From Terriglobia bacterium (GTDB lineage Bacteria; Acidobacteriota; Terriglobia; Bryobacterales; Bryobacteraceae), in contig CAVWRP010000014.1 of assembly GCA_963757345.1 (NCBI GenBank), positions 194,542-258,541 on the forward strand: a stretch of DNA of 64,000 bases. The letters are read 5' to 3'. A program made the position numbers and the translations under genes. The notes beneath the pieces were generated by a model, which worked only from the letters and a program-made list of their open reading frames with translations, was not told where the DNA came from and did no database searches. Position 1 is the first letter of the stretch. Each line of letters starts with the position of its first letter. Shown piece after piece: positions 47,240 through 56,444 of the stretch.

Positions 47240-48456
47240 CACGCGGCGCGGCCCAGCCTTTGCCGTTGTATTATCTCGGCTGCCCCCAGCCCGGTCGCTA
47301 CAGCGGCGTCGGCCAGCATGCCTTCCCCGGCAACCCAGTCGCCCGCCAGAACCACGCCCGGAATGCCGAGTGCATCGATCGCCGGACGGCCCTGCCGCGA
47401 GAAGACGGCGGGAGTAACAATCATCTCGGGCAGAAAGCGGATTACCTCGGCCTGTTCGCGCCAATCGGGTATGGCAAGGTCGACGAACTGCTCGAGATCC
47501 CGGCGATCGGACGCGGTATCTGCACGGCCACTCAGATACTTGCAGGCGTGGACGACTGCGGCACCCTGGGGCGCCAGCCTCGCAACGGTGGAGTGCACGG
47601 AAAGATAGAGTGGCTGATCAATTCCAAGGGCGACCCGCGCCGCAAATCGGGGGAGCGTTCGCAGCCCGAGATCGAGACACGCCACCCGTACCGGGTGCAT
47701 CGTCGGCAGACGTCGACCAGTAATGCGTTCCACCGCTGCTGGTGATACTGCGAGGACGATTCCATCTCCCTCGATTTCCCCAAGCGTCTCGACCGGCTTA
47801 CCTCGCCGGATCTCGACACCAAGTTGCTGGGCCCGCTGCTCCAGCCCGTCGACCATTGTTTGCCATCCTCCGTCGAGATAAAGCACGCCGCCCATTGTGG
47901 CGCTCCGAAATTGTTCCAGAGCCGCACGAGCGCTCAAGACCGACAGATCGGCCGAGTATGTGCTGACGCGCATCAGCATCGAAACGAACTCGCGAACGCG
48001 TGTCGAGGGTGTGCGTTGCTCAATCCATTCCTTGATGGACTCACCCTCCGTTGCCCGACCGCTCGACAACTGTTTCAGTAAACGAACCGCTTGCAATTTT
48101 TCGCCGGCGTTGAACAGGCGCGTCATCAGAAGCCCGCGAGTTGTGAAAACCAGCGGGTACATCTGGCCGTTGCGCACCAAAAACGACGACGATCTTGTGT
48201 CGGGTGGCTTGCCGTAAATTGGCACACTCCAGCCCCGGAGGGTTCGTGCCGCTACACCGTTCCGGTGCAAAGCGTGCGGCCCGAGATTCAGGAAGTAGCC
48301 GCGATCCTGCCGCGTGATCGCGCGGCCTCCCAATCGACCTGATTGCTCCAAAAGCGTTACCTTGTGCCGGCCCTCGCCTGCCAGCGCATTGGCTGCCGTG
48401 AGGCCGGCCAGGCCGCCCCCAACCACGACATAGTTCTTCATCGGTTCCTTTCCCAT
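47239..48456 (-). CDS. FAD/NAD(P)-dependent oxidoreductase (amine oxidase / phytoene desaturase-like fold)
   Basis: Dinucleotide-binding motif YVVVGGGLAGLTAANALAGEGRHKVTLLEQSGRLGGRA, and C-terminal LAGDWV. Its TGA shares one base with the sigma ATG. Confidence 0.85.
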   Translation of the reverse strand: MGKEPMKNYVVVGGGLAGLTAANALAGEGRHKVTLLEQSGRLGGRAITRQDRGYFLNLGPHALHRNGVAARTLRGWSVPIYGKPPDTRSSSFLVRNGQMYPLVFTTRGLLMTRLFNAGEKLQAVRLLKQLSSGRATEGESIKEWIEQRTPSTRVREFVSMLMRVSTYSADLSVLSARAALEQFRSATMGGVLYLDGGWQTMVDGLEQRAQQLGVEIRRGKPVETLGEIEGDGIVLAVSPAAVERITGRRLPTMHPVRVACLDLGLRTLPRFAARVALGIDQPLYLSVHSTVARLAPQGAAVVHACKYLSGRADTASDRRDLEQFVDLAIPDWREQAEVIRFLPEMIVTPAVFSRQGRPAIDALGIPGVVLAGDWVAGEGMLADAAVATGLGAAEIIQRQRLGRAA

Positions 48457-48634
48457 TCTGGTTCCGCAGCTAGGACGAGCGAGGTATCTGTTTTGTGACA
48501 GTGCCGTTCACGTTTGAGCGTCAGAATGAGGAGATCAAGAGGTGAGCGTGCTCTAACGACGCTCCGCCTGTTCCTCTGTTAGCGGTTTGCATACCTGGTT
48601 TCCTGGTAGGCGATGTTGGCAACTGCTTATGGGG

Positions 48635-48838
48635 TCACTTGTAATTAGACTCCGCGGGCTGCAGACCACTCTTCTTGATGGCTGCGTACGCAGCCGGTGA
48701 AGCAAGCCATCGAATGAGAGCCTTTGCCGCTTGCCGTAACGGGATGCAGGCGGCGGACGATGTCAAAGCGATCGCTGCCGTTCTAATGAGATTTCCGAGC
48801 ACAGTGCTCATGAACATCCGATCCTGCGTCCGACGCAC
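48635..48838 (-). pseudogene. Possible C-terminal remnant of a periplasmic substrate-binding protein
   Basis: The 67-aa ORF ends ...AAIALTSS...RQAAKALIRWLASPAAYAAIKKSGLQPA. This resembles the conserved C-terminal helix pair of ModA-like/type-2 binding proteins (..AAKAF..FL.SPEA..ilkk.Gf.p). No intact N-terminal part lies upstream, and the call is weak. Confidence 0.3.
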
Positions 48839-49132
48839 ATTCAGGATTGTTGTTGTCCGAACGCTTAGCCAAGCTTACAGGATATTCAAACAAGACGGAT
48901 CTCTTGGAGAACTGGGATGACGAATTGCGTTTGACCGATTTCTCGAAGCTGGGCGTAGCATAAGTCATTGCCGCTTATGCGCACCACATATCTCGGACAG
49001 GCCTCGACACATCATTGGGGGCTGAGCATCATCAACCACATGACTACACCCGAAAAACCAGCCTGCTAACTCGCAGAAGGCCGAGGATCGACAATCCCGA
49101 AATTGTAACTTGACGCTTGTTGCGGGACGCCT

Positions 49133-50986
49133 TTATTCGACCGTTACACTCTTTGCGAGGTTGCGCGGCTGGTCCACATCGCAGCCGCGTCGCACGGCAA
49201 TATGGTACGCGAGGAGCTGCATTGGGATCATTTCGAGCAGGGGCAACAGCAGTTCGCGGGTTACCGGAATCGTGATCAGGTGGTCCGCCATCTTGGCGAC
49301 TTCTTCGTCACCTTCGCAAGCTACGGCAACTACGCGTCCGCTGCGTGCCTTGACTTCCTGGATATTGGAGAGTGTCTTCTCGTAGTGGACCCGGCTTTCT
49401 TCCGACTCCGGGTCTCGCGTCGCCAGGACCACCACGGGCAAATTCTCGTCGATGAGCGCATTCGGCCCGTGTTTCATCTCGCCGGCCGGATAGCCCTCGG
49501 CATGAATGTACGAAATCTCCTTGAGCTTTAGCGCGCCTTCCAATGCGATCGGGAAATGAATGCCGCGTCCGAGATATAGAAAATCCTGCGCGCGGAACAA
49601 GTCCTTCACCAAGTCGTCGTACATGTCATTCTGCGCAAGCACCTGCTCGAGCTTGCCAGGAATGTGAGCCAGTTCTTCGACCAGCGTCGCGGAAGCCTGT
49701 GCGCTGAGTGTCCCGCGCACTTGCCCCAGGTACATACCGAGGACGACAAGGGCGGTGAGTTGGGAAGTAAAGGCCTTGGTAGAGGCCACGCCAATCTCCG
49801 GCCCTGCGTGAGTCAGGAGTGTTCCGGTCGCCTCGCGCGTGATCATAGAGCCCACTACGTTACAGATGGCAAGCGTTTTCGAGCCTTTCATCTTGGCTTC
49901 GCGCAGTGCGGCCAGCGTATCCGCCGTTTCGCCCGATTGAGAGATGACCACCGTCAAGGTGTTCGGAGGAATAATTGGGTCACGATACCGGAATTCGCTT
50001 CCGTAATCGACCTCGACAGGAATGCGCGCCAGACGCTCGATGATAATTTTTCCGGCCAGCCCGGCGTGCCAACTCGTTCCACACGCAACGATCTTCACCT
50101 GCTGAAAGCTCTTGAAGTCCGCCTCTGGAATTTCGACTTCGTCAAGGAAAACCCGGCCCGTTTCAAGCCCGACGCGCCCGAGCAAAGTGTCTTTGACGGC
50201 GCGCGGCTGCTCGAAAATCTCCTTGAGCATGAAATGCTTGTAGCCGCCCTTTTCCGCCATCACCGGATCCCACAAGATGTGTGAAAGCTGCCGCTGCACG
50301 ATCTTTCCGTCGAAATCGGTCAGCTTAACGCCCGCCGGCGTCAGGATCGCCACGTCACCATCGTTAAGGAAAAACATGTCGCGCGTATGGCTAAGAATGG
50401 CGGGCACGTCCGACGCGACGAAAAACTCATCCTGCCCAAGACCCACCACGACAGGCGGCCCCGAGCGGGCGGCAACGATCTTGCGCGGGTCGGTACTTGC
50501 GATCACGCTGATTGCAAACACCCCATGAATTTGCTTAAGAGCGGCGCGAACTGCATCTTCCAGATTCCCGTTCAAGTACTTTTCCACCAGATGCGCGATG
50601 ATTTCGGTGTCGGTTTCGGTCTTAAAGACGTGACCTTCGGCGGTCAGCTGTTTGCGCAGCGTCAGATAGTTCTCGACGATCCCGTTATGGACCACCACAA
50701 TCTGACCCTTGCAATCGCGGTGCGGATGGGCGTTTTCTTCCGTGGGGCGTCCGTGCGTTGCCCAACGCGTGTGTCCAATCCCATAGGAGCCCTGGAGCGG
50801 CTTGTTTCGGATAACATCTTCCAGGTTGCGTAATTTGCCCGAGGCTCGCCGCACCTCGAGCTCATTCTGCGGGTTTAATACCGCCACGCCTGCCGAATCG
50901 TAGCCTCGATACTCCAGTCGTCGCAGGCCGTCGACAATCAGCGGCACCGCTTCCCGGCTGCCTATGTAACCGACAATTCCACACAT
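49133..50986 (-). CDS. glmS: Glutamine--fructose-6-phosphate aminotransferase (isomerizing)
   Basis: [10 protein letters not shown]-terminal nucleophile, two SIS domains, and the C-terminal ...[15 protein letters not shown]. 617 aa. Confidence 0.97.
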   Translation of the reverse strand: MCGIVGYIGSREAVPLIVDGLRRLEYRGYDSAGVAVLNPQNELEVRRASGKLRNLEDVIRNKPLQGSYGIGHTRWATHGRPTEENAHPHRDCKGQIVVVHNGIVENYLTLRKQLTAEGHVFKTETDTEIIAHLVEKYLNGNLEDAVRAALKQIHGVFAISVIASTDPRKIVAARSGPPVVVGLGQDEFFVASDVPAILSHTRDMFFLNDGDVAILTPAGVKLTDFDGKIVQRQLSHILWDPVMAEKGGYKHFMLKEIFEQPRAVKDTLLGRVGLETGRVFLDEVEIPEADFKSFQQVKIVACGTSWHAGLAGKIIIERLARIPVEVDYGSEFRYRDPIIPPNTLTVVISQSGETADTLAALREAKMKGSKTLAICNVVGSMITREATGTLLTHAGPEIGVASTKAFTSQLTALVVLGMYLGQVRGTLSAQASATLVEELAHIPGKLEQVLAQNDMYDDLVKDLFRAQDFLYLGRGIHFPIALEGALKLKEISYIHAEGYPAGEMKHGPNALIDENLPVVVLATRDPESEESRVHYEKTLSNIQEVKARSGRVVAVACEGDEEVAKMADHLITIPVTRELLLPLLEMIPMQLLAYHIAVRRGCDVDQPRNLAKSVTVE

Positions 50987-51060
50987 AATGAAAAGAAGGT
51001 AATTACCAGTCTAGAGCCTGCAGAAGCCGTAGCGTCGCACAAGAAAAACCTTGGTGCGGT

Positions 51061-51306
51061 TCAATCGAGAATTTCCACACGGTAATCTTCAATCACCGGG
51101 TTCGATAGAACATCGCGCGCTATCAGGTCTAATGTCTGAGCCGCTGCATCCCGCCCGGTTCCTTCAGCGAGCGCGATCTCGAAATATTTCCCCTGCCGAA
51201 CCGCGGCCACTTCCCGGTGTCCCATGCCTTGCAGAGCAGTACAGATCGTTTGGCCCTGTGGGTCGAGAACCGTCGGTTTCATCGAGACATAGACGCGCGC
51301 CTTCAT
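51061..51306 (-). CDS. purS: Phosphoribosylformylglycinamidine synthase subunit PurS
   Basis: MKARVYVSMKPTVLDPQGQTICTALQGMGHREVAAVRQGKYFEIAL...VLSNPVIEDYRVEI is a typical PurS of about 81 aa. ATG 51306 is preferred over 51315. Confidence 0.9.
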   Translation of the reverse strand: MKARVYVSMKPTVLDPQGQTICTALQGMGHREVAAVRQGKYFEIALAEGTGRDAAAQTLDLIARDVLSNPVIEDYRVEILD

Positions 51307-51415
51307 ATCGCCCATTGTAAGAAGCGCTGCGAAAAATCCGAAAAACGATACAAGGGACGGATCACCCGTCCCTTCGCCGGACTCGAGGTCTTCGACTAGA
51401 CTTTTGTCGCCAACC

Positions 51416-52387
51416 TCAGTAGGTAAGCTTCACCTGGCTGCCGTTTGCTTTGGCATCATACGCGCATTGCGGAGTTTGCGTCGCGTTGGCTGCCTCGGCC
51501 CAGTTGCGGTGGGCGACCGGGCGCAAGCGCTCGTCGAAGACGGTTATGTTTTGGAACAGGATTTTGCGATTTGGCGGGTAATCGTTACAAGAAATGATGA
51601 AATAAGGCTCCAAGACGCCGCCGAATGCCCAATTGAACACCTGGCCTTCGCTCGGCGTATTGCTCAATACTGTGCTTTGGCCCTAGACATGTCGAGGCTC
51701 AGAATATTCCAGGCGGCGCATGACACCGTCCCAGCCGGACAGGTGCTGGTGATAGAGCCGTAAATCAAATCACCTGGACTGACGTTGACTACCGGGCTCT
51801 CCGTCGTAATATCGTTCAGACAGCAATTCCAGCTGGCAATGGTCCATTGGTGCTGATTCCACTGCAGCACGGGTTGCAGGATGCTCGAAGTGTTGCCAAT
51901 GTCTTCAAAACCGGGAGAAGAATAACACTTGACCATCATTGGCGATTGGGTGCGGCGGCACGGTCCACGTGGCAACCAGGGCGCCGTAGGACCTGCTTTC
52001 AGAACTGCTTGTTATGCTCGCGCTTTCTATCCACCCGTTAACCTCCGGTGCCGCCAGGGAATTAGGCGGCAGCGAAGCCCCTTTGACTACCGGCATTCCA
52101 TTGGGTGTGTAATGCATGTAATTACACGTCGCGGCATTTTCCTCCAATCTTCCATCCGGGTGTTGCACACGTCCATTGCGAAGCAACCCTTCCCCTTTTG
52201 GGAGCCTTTGTACGCAGGATGGATGGAAATAACCAAAGGGGGTGGCGACGTATTCGGTTGGTACATTGCCTGGATGACTCCGCGGCATCGAAAGCGCATT
52301 CGTGCCGCTTTGCCCAAATGCGGACGCGACAAACATTATTATTCCGACTGCTATAACTCCGACTAACATCTTTTGCGTGTGGCTCAT
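51416..52387 (-). pseudogene. Secreted hypothetical protein split by two frameshifts
   Basis: ATG 52387 is preceded by AGGAGG and gives MSHTQKMLVGVIAVGIIMFVASAFGQ (signal). Three ORF pieces join as ...NDGQVLFFS|PGFEDIGNTSSILQPVLQW... (near 51913-51916, a C/G run) and ...NILSLDMSRA|QSTVLSNTPSEGQVFNW... (near 51676-51684, an A/T run). Confidence 0.7.
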
Positions 52388-52784
52388 TCTTCTGCCTCCT
52401 GATTTGAGAAGTTGATCTACGCCTCTAACGCGAGCCGCAAGGCTTACGAGTTTGTCTCCCCGTAGATGACAGCCCTGCGGCAGGGCGTTCTGTCTGTTAA
52501 GTGATAAAGGTCGAACAGATGAAACACTCGGGCGGCAAATCTCAGTAACTGGTCGGCTAGTACTGCAGGAAGTGAACGCCAGCTCAATTGTGGATATGAA
52601 GAGCAACCGTAAAGGAATTCCGTAGTGAATAGTGCTTCTGGTGAGCAGCACGATCAGGGACAGTCCCTCTGAAGTTCCGCGGCCGCCAGAGACTCGCCCC
52701 AAACAATTTCCTTAAAATTTGTTATAAACAATTACAGCGGCTGTCTGCCTTAGGTACACGCTTGGCCGCTGCCGGGAGTCGGCC

Positions 52785-53561
52785 ATTTTTAAGATCTGCA
52801 TTCTCGCAAGCAGCAGCATCGGCAATTCGGTTTTCCTGGCAACCGAGCGAACACGCGTACTCATCGACGCCGGAATCAGCCGGCGTGAGCTCACCAGGCG
52901 ATTGGCGCACATTGGCGAAGATGTTGCGCACCTCGATGCTGTTTTGCTCACGCATGAGCATGGAGATCACACCAATGGCCTGGCTGCTCTTGTCAGGAGT
53001 TCGGGCGGACGTCTGCCGGTTTATCTCACTAAGGGCACCGCGCCGTGTCTTGATTGGGGAGAATCTTCGCCTCATCTCGAAACCTTTCAGGCCGGATGCG
53101 GCTTCACAGTCGGCGATCTGGATGTGACGAGCTTCACGATTCCGCACGATGCGATGGATCCGGTGGGTTACACCGTTTCCTCGCAGGGTGTCAAAGTATC
53201 GTTCGCAACCGATCTCGGCTACATTCCGGACTCGCTTCGGGTTCATTTTCGAAATAGCGACGTGCTGATACTCGAGTCGAATCACGATCTCGAGATGCTG
53301 CGGGTCGGTCCATATCCGTGGTCCGTCAAGCAACGAGTCATGAGCCGGCGGGGTCATCTCTCGAATCAGGTCGCCGCGGATTTCATTCGTCGTGACCTGG
53401 ATTGTCGTGTCTCTACCCTCATTCTCGGGCATGTCAGCGAACACAACAATCATCCTGAGCTGGTGCGGCGGCAGGCCCTCAAGGCGCTCGGGGGACGTAC
53501 TTTGTTCCCGCGGCTGGTAGTGGCCGAGCCCGGTATCCAATCCGAAGTTTTCTATTATTGA
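52785..53561 (+). CDS. MBL-fold metallo-hydrolase (YycJ/WalJ-like), no canonical start codon at the expected position
   Basis: LLTHEHGDH motif. The conserved N-terminal strand FKICILASSSIGNSVFLATERTRVLIDAG lies upstream of the first ATG/GTG/TTG (TTG 52902). An in-frame ATT at 52785 sits 6 nt after GGGAG (52774-52778), and there is an in-frame TAA at 52725. Confidence 0.75.
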   Translation: MFKICILASSSIGNSVFLATERTRVLIDAGISRRELTRRLAHIGEDVAHLDAVLLTHEHGDHTNGLAALVRSSGGRLPVYLTKGTAPCLDWGESSPHLETFQAGCGFTVGDLDVTSFTIPHDAMDPVGYTVSSQGVKVSFATDLGYIPDSLRVHFRNSDVLILESNHDLEMLRVGPYPWSVKQRVMSRRGHLSNQVAADFIRRDLDCRVSTLILGHVSEHNNHPELVRRQALKALGGRTLFPRLVVAEPGIQSEVFYY

Positions 53562-53756
53562 AGAGTGCTCTTCCAACAAAGAGCGAATCCATCGGTAGAC
53601 GGGTGGGACCCTTCCAAAGGAGCGGGCAGGCTGGCCCAACCTGACTCCCTGGTCCGGCGCTAGTCTGATTCCGCTGGACAGCATTTCCGCCAGCGTCGCA
53701 CCGCCGCCGGTTTAGCAAGTATGAGTTTTCAGCAAAATTTTTAAGGAGGATTACAC

Positions 53757-55365
53757 ATGGCAAAGAATTCCGAAAACAAGGGCGATCTTCGAAAGGCTTC
53801 GAACGGTACCAACGACGCCGATGGGAACCGCGGTCCTGGCCAGGTGGATGCTGGTTCAGATCACCCCAATGCAACCCTGACTACGAACGCTGGCCGCCCG
53901 GTAGGCGACAACCAGAATTCTGTTTCTGCGGGCCGCCGTGGCCCACTGCTCATGCAGGATTATCTTCTGTTTGAGAAGATGGCGCAGTTTAACCGCGAGC
54001 GCGTCCCGGAACGGGTCGTTCACGCCAAGGGCTCGGGCGCCCATGGAAAGTTCACCGTCACGAAAGATATCACTAAGTACACCAGCGCGAGGCTCTTTTC
54101 TAAGGTAGGCAACAGCTGTGAGACTTTCGCCCGGTTTTCAACTGTTGGCGGCGAAAAGGGTTCGGCTGACACTGCCCGCGACCCACGTGGGTTTGCGGTC
54201 AAATTCTATACCGAGGAAGGGAACTGGGACATGACCGGCAACAATACGCCGATCTTCTTCATCCGCGACCCTCTCAAGTTCGGTGATTTCATTCACACTC
54301 AAAAGCGCGAACCGCAGACCAACTTGAAGTCGGCAACCATGATGTGGGATTTCTGGTCTCTTTCGCCTGAATCCCTGCACCAGGTCAGTTTTCTGTTCAG
54401 CGATCGTGGCACACCGGATGGCTACCGCCATATGAATGGTTATTCGAGCCACACATTTTCGCTAATCAATGCCAAAGACGAGCTGTTTTATGTCAAGTGG
54501 CACTTTAAAACCAAACAGAGGCATCAAGAACCTTGATGCAAAGAAGGCCGAGGAACTTGCAGGCTCGGATCCGGATTACGCGCAACGGGATCTCTTTCAT
54601 GCCATCGAAAAAGGTGAGTTCCCGAAATGGGCTGTGTACATCCAGGTCATGCCGGAAAACGAAACCGGCAAGTTTCGCTTCAACCCGTTCGACCTGACTA
54701 AGGTCTGGCCGCACGGCGAGTACCCGTTGATTGAGGTCGGCGAACTTGAACTGAATCGCAACCCGCAGAACTATTTCGCCGAAGTGGAGCAGGCGGCATT
54801 CAATCCTGTGAATATCGTGTCTGGCATGGGCTACAGTCCGGACAAGATGTTGCAGGCTCGCCTTGTTTCTTATCCCGATGCGCACCGCTATCGCATTGGC
54901 ACGAATTATGAGACGCTTCCGGTGAATGCCCCGAAATGCCCGATGCACAATTACAACCGTGACGGCGCCATGCGTTTCGACGGCAACTTTGGGCCCCTGC
55001 CGAATTATGAGCCGAATAGCTTCGGCGGCCCCAAGGAAGATCGCCAGTATCTGGATCGACCGGTTCCGCTGAGCGGCGAAGCCGGTGCGCGCTACGATCA
55101 TCGCGACGGGAATGACGACTACTTCCAGGTTGGGAACTTCTTCCGCATGCTCGATGAAGGAGCCAAAGATCGCCTCTGCCAGAACATCGCGCAGAGCTTG
55201 GGGCAGACTCCTGAGCGGATCCAGAAATTGCAGTTAACGCATTTCGAGAAGGCTGATCCCGGTTACCGTGCCCGCGTAGAGAAATTCCTTAAACAAAATG
55301 AGCATCCGGAATTTGCGCACGGTCCGAACGAAGCGGAGTACGCTCTGCGATTGCCCGAGAAGTAG
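53757..55365 (+). pseudogene. Monofunctional heme catalase interrupted by a +1 frameshift
   Basis: [50 protein letters not shown] and GYSSHTFS are catalase hallmarks. The frame changes after ...VKWHFKTKQ (extra base at about 54519), then continues [13 protein letters not shown]...YPDAHRYRIG... Confidence 0.92.
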
Positions 55366-55394
55366 AGGCGCGGCAAACTTTTCAGTCAATATAA

Positions 55395-55418
55395 GGGCTG
55401 CCCCGCGGCAGCCCTTTT
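55395..55418 (+). terminator. Rho-independent terminator after the catalase gene
   Basis: GGGCTGCC-CCGC-GGCAGCCC (8-bp GC stem, 4-nt loop) followed by TTTT, 30 nt after the stop. Confidence 0.7.
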
Positions 55419-55604
55419 CAGCGTATGCAGGGCCGACAGTTGGTTGCCCAAAGGTTTAAGCCCGAGACGTTTTGCGAAGCGCCGCAGGGGCAGGCAATTC
55501 CCCGAGCCGCAGGGCAATTCCCCAATATGAGACAGATGCAACTCGGTGCAAAACTCAGCTTCTGATCGGCTTAGTATCTCTGCTGCTACTATGTACCTCT
55601 GCAC

Positions 55605-56444
55605 ATGATTGTCGACGTTCACAGTCACTACTTTCGAGATCCGGATCACTTCTCCGCTGAGTTCGCCGCCCAGGCGAAGAAGGCGCGGCAGCTCGATTTC
55701 ACGGTTCGCTGGCATGAATATGCCGCCAGTGCCACCGCTGCAACCCGCACTATAGTTTTCGGCGGCAAAGCCCGTCTTTCCGGCCTATGGGTCCCCGACG
55801 ATGAAGTTGTGGAATATATAAAAATCGCGCCTGATCGCCTGATTGGGTTTCTATCACTCGACCCGACTCAGCCCGGTTGGAAAAACGAATTGGAGGAAGG
55901 TCATCAGAACTTTGGCCTGAAGGGGATCAAGCTGATGCCCATGTACGCGGGTTTTTCCCCGAATAGCGCCGAGCTCGACTATCTCTGGCAATACGCAACC
56001 AAGCACGGTCTACCGGTTCTTTGCCACACCGGGACGACCTTCGTGCGCCAGGCGCCGCTGAAATACACCTTGCCGGTCCTGATCGACGATGTAGCGATTC
56101 GTTTTCCCGATGTGAAGATCATCATGGCGCACCTTTCTCATCCTTACGAGGGGGAATGCGTTGTGACGATCCGTAAACATCCGAATGTATATGCGGATTG
56201 CTCCGCCTTGCATTACCGCCCGTTCCAGCTCTATCAATCCTTGATGCTCTTGCAGGAATATGGTGTCTGGAACAAGCTTCTGTTTGGGAGCGACTATCCC
56301 TTTACGACAGTCGATGCAAGCCTCTCGGGCATGAGGAATCTGAACTTGATGCTGGAAGGTACGGCGCTGCCTCGGCTGAACCTCGATGCCATGGAAGAGA
56401 TGTTCGAGCGCGATTCGTTAGGACTGCTGGGCTTGACTGCATAG
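55605..56444 (+). CDS. Amidohydrolase-2 family metal-dependent hydrolase/decarboxylase
   Basis: MIVDVHSHYF (HxH metal site), AHLSHPY, and GSDYPF near the C-terminus. This is the TIM-barrel amidohydrolase pattern. Confidence 0.8.
   Translation: MIVDVHSHYFRDPDHFSAEFAAQAKKARQLDFTVRWHEYAASATAATRTIVFGGKARLSGLWVPDDEVVEYIKIAPDRLIGFLSLDPTQPGWKNELEEGHQNFGLKGIKLMPMYAGFSPNSAELDYLWQYATKHGLPVLCHTGTTFVRQAPLKYTLPVLIDDVAIRFPDVKIIMAHLSHPYEGECVVTIRKHPNVYADCSALHYRPFQLYQSLMLLQEYGVWNKLLFGSDYPFTTVDASLSGMRNLNLMLEGTALPRLNLDAMEEMFERDSLGLLGLTA

Noticed and set aside
46349-47464. N-terminal extensions suggested by the ORF track for the ECF41-like sigma (to 47464), the secreted protein (51905..52702), the 997-aa ORF (to 60161), the M23 peptidase (to 13641), the TPR gene (to 6794) and the CxxCH gene (to 24947).
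   Set aside because: The extensions are low-complexity or Arg-rich and overlap neighbouring genes. Internal starts give proper signal peptides or conserved N-termini, some with a visible Shine-Dalgarno.
49040-49110. tRNA-like fragment (..GGATCGACAATCC..) downstream of glmS.
   Set aside because: The putative T-arm loop is too short, and no acceptor or anticodon arms can be drawn.
50987-51060. Possible glmS ribozyme upstream of glmS.
   Set aside because: Only 74 nt separate glmS from purS, too short for the ribozyme of about 170 nt. I see no matching core, and the ribozyme is mainly a Gram-positive feature.
54500-54540. Programmed ribosomal frameshifting as an explanation for the split catalase and the other split genes.
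   Set aside because: There is no slippery heptamer or downstream structure at the sites. The Oar-like gene needs nine shifts in both directions. Catalases are not known to be recoded.
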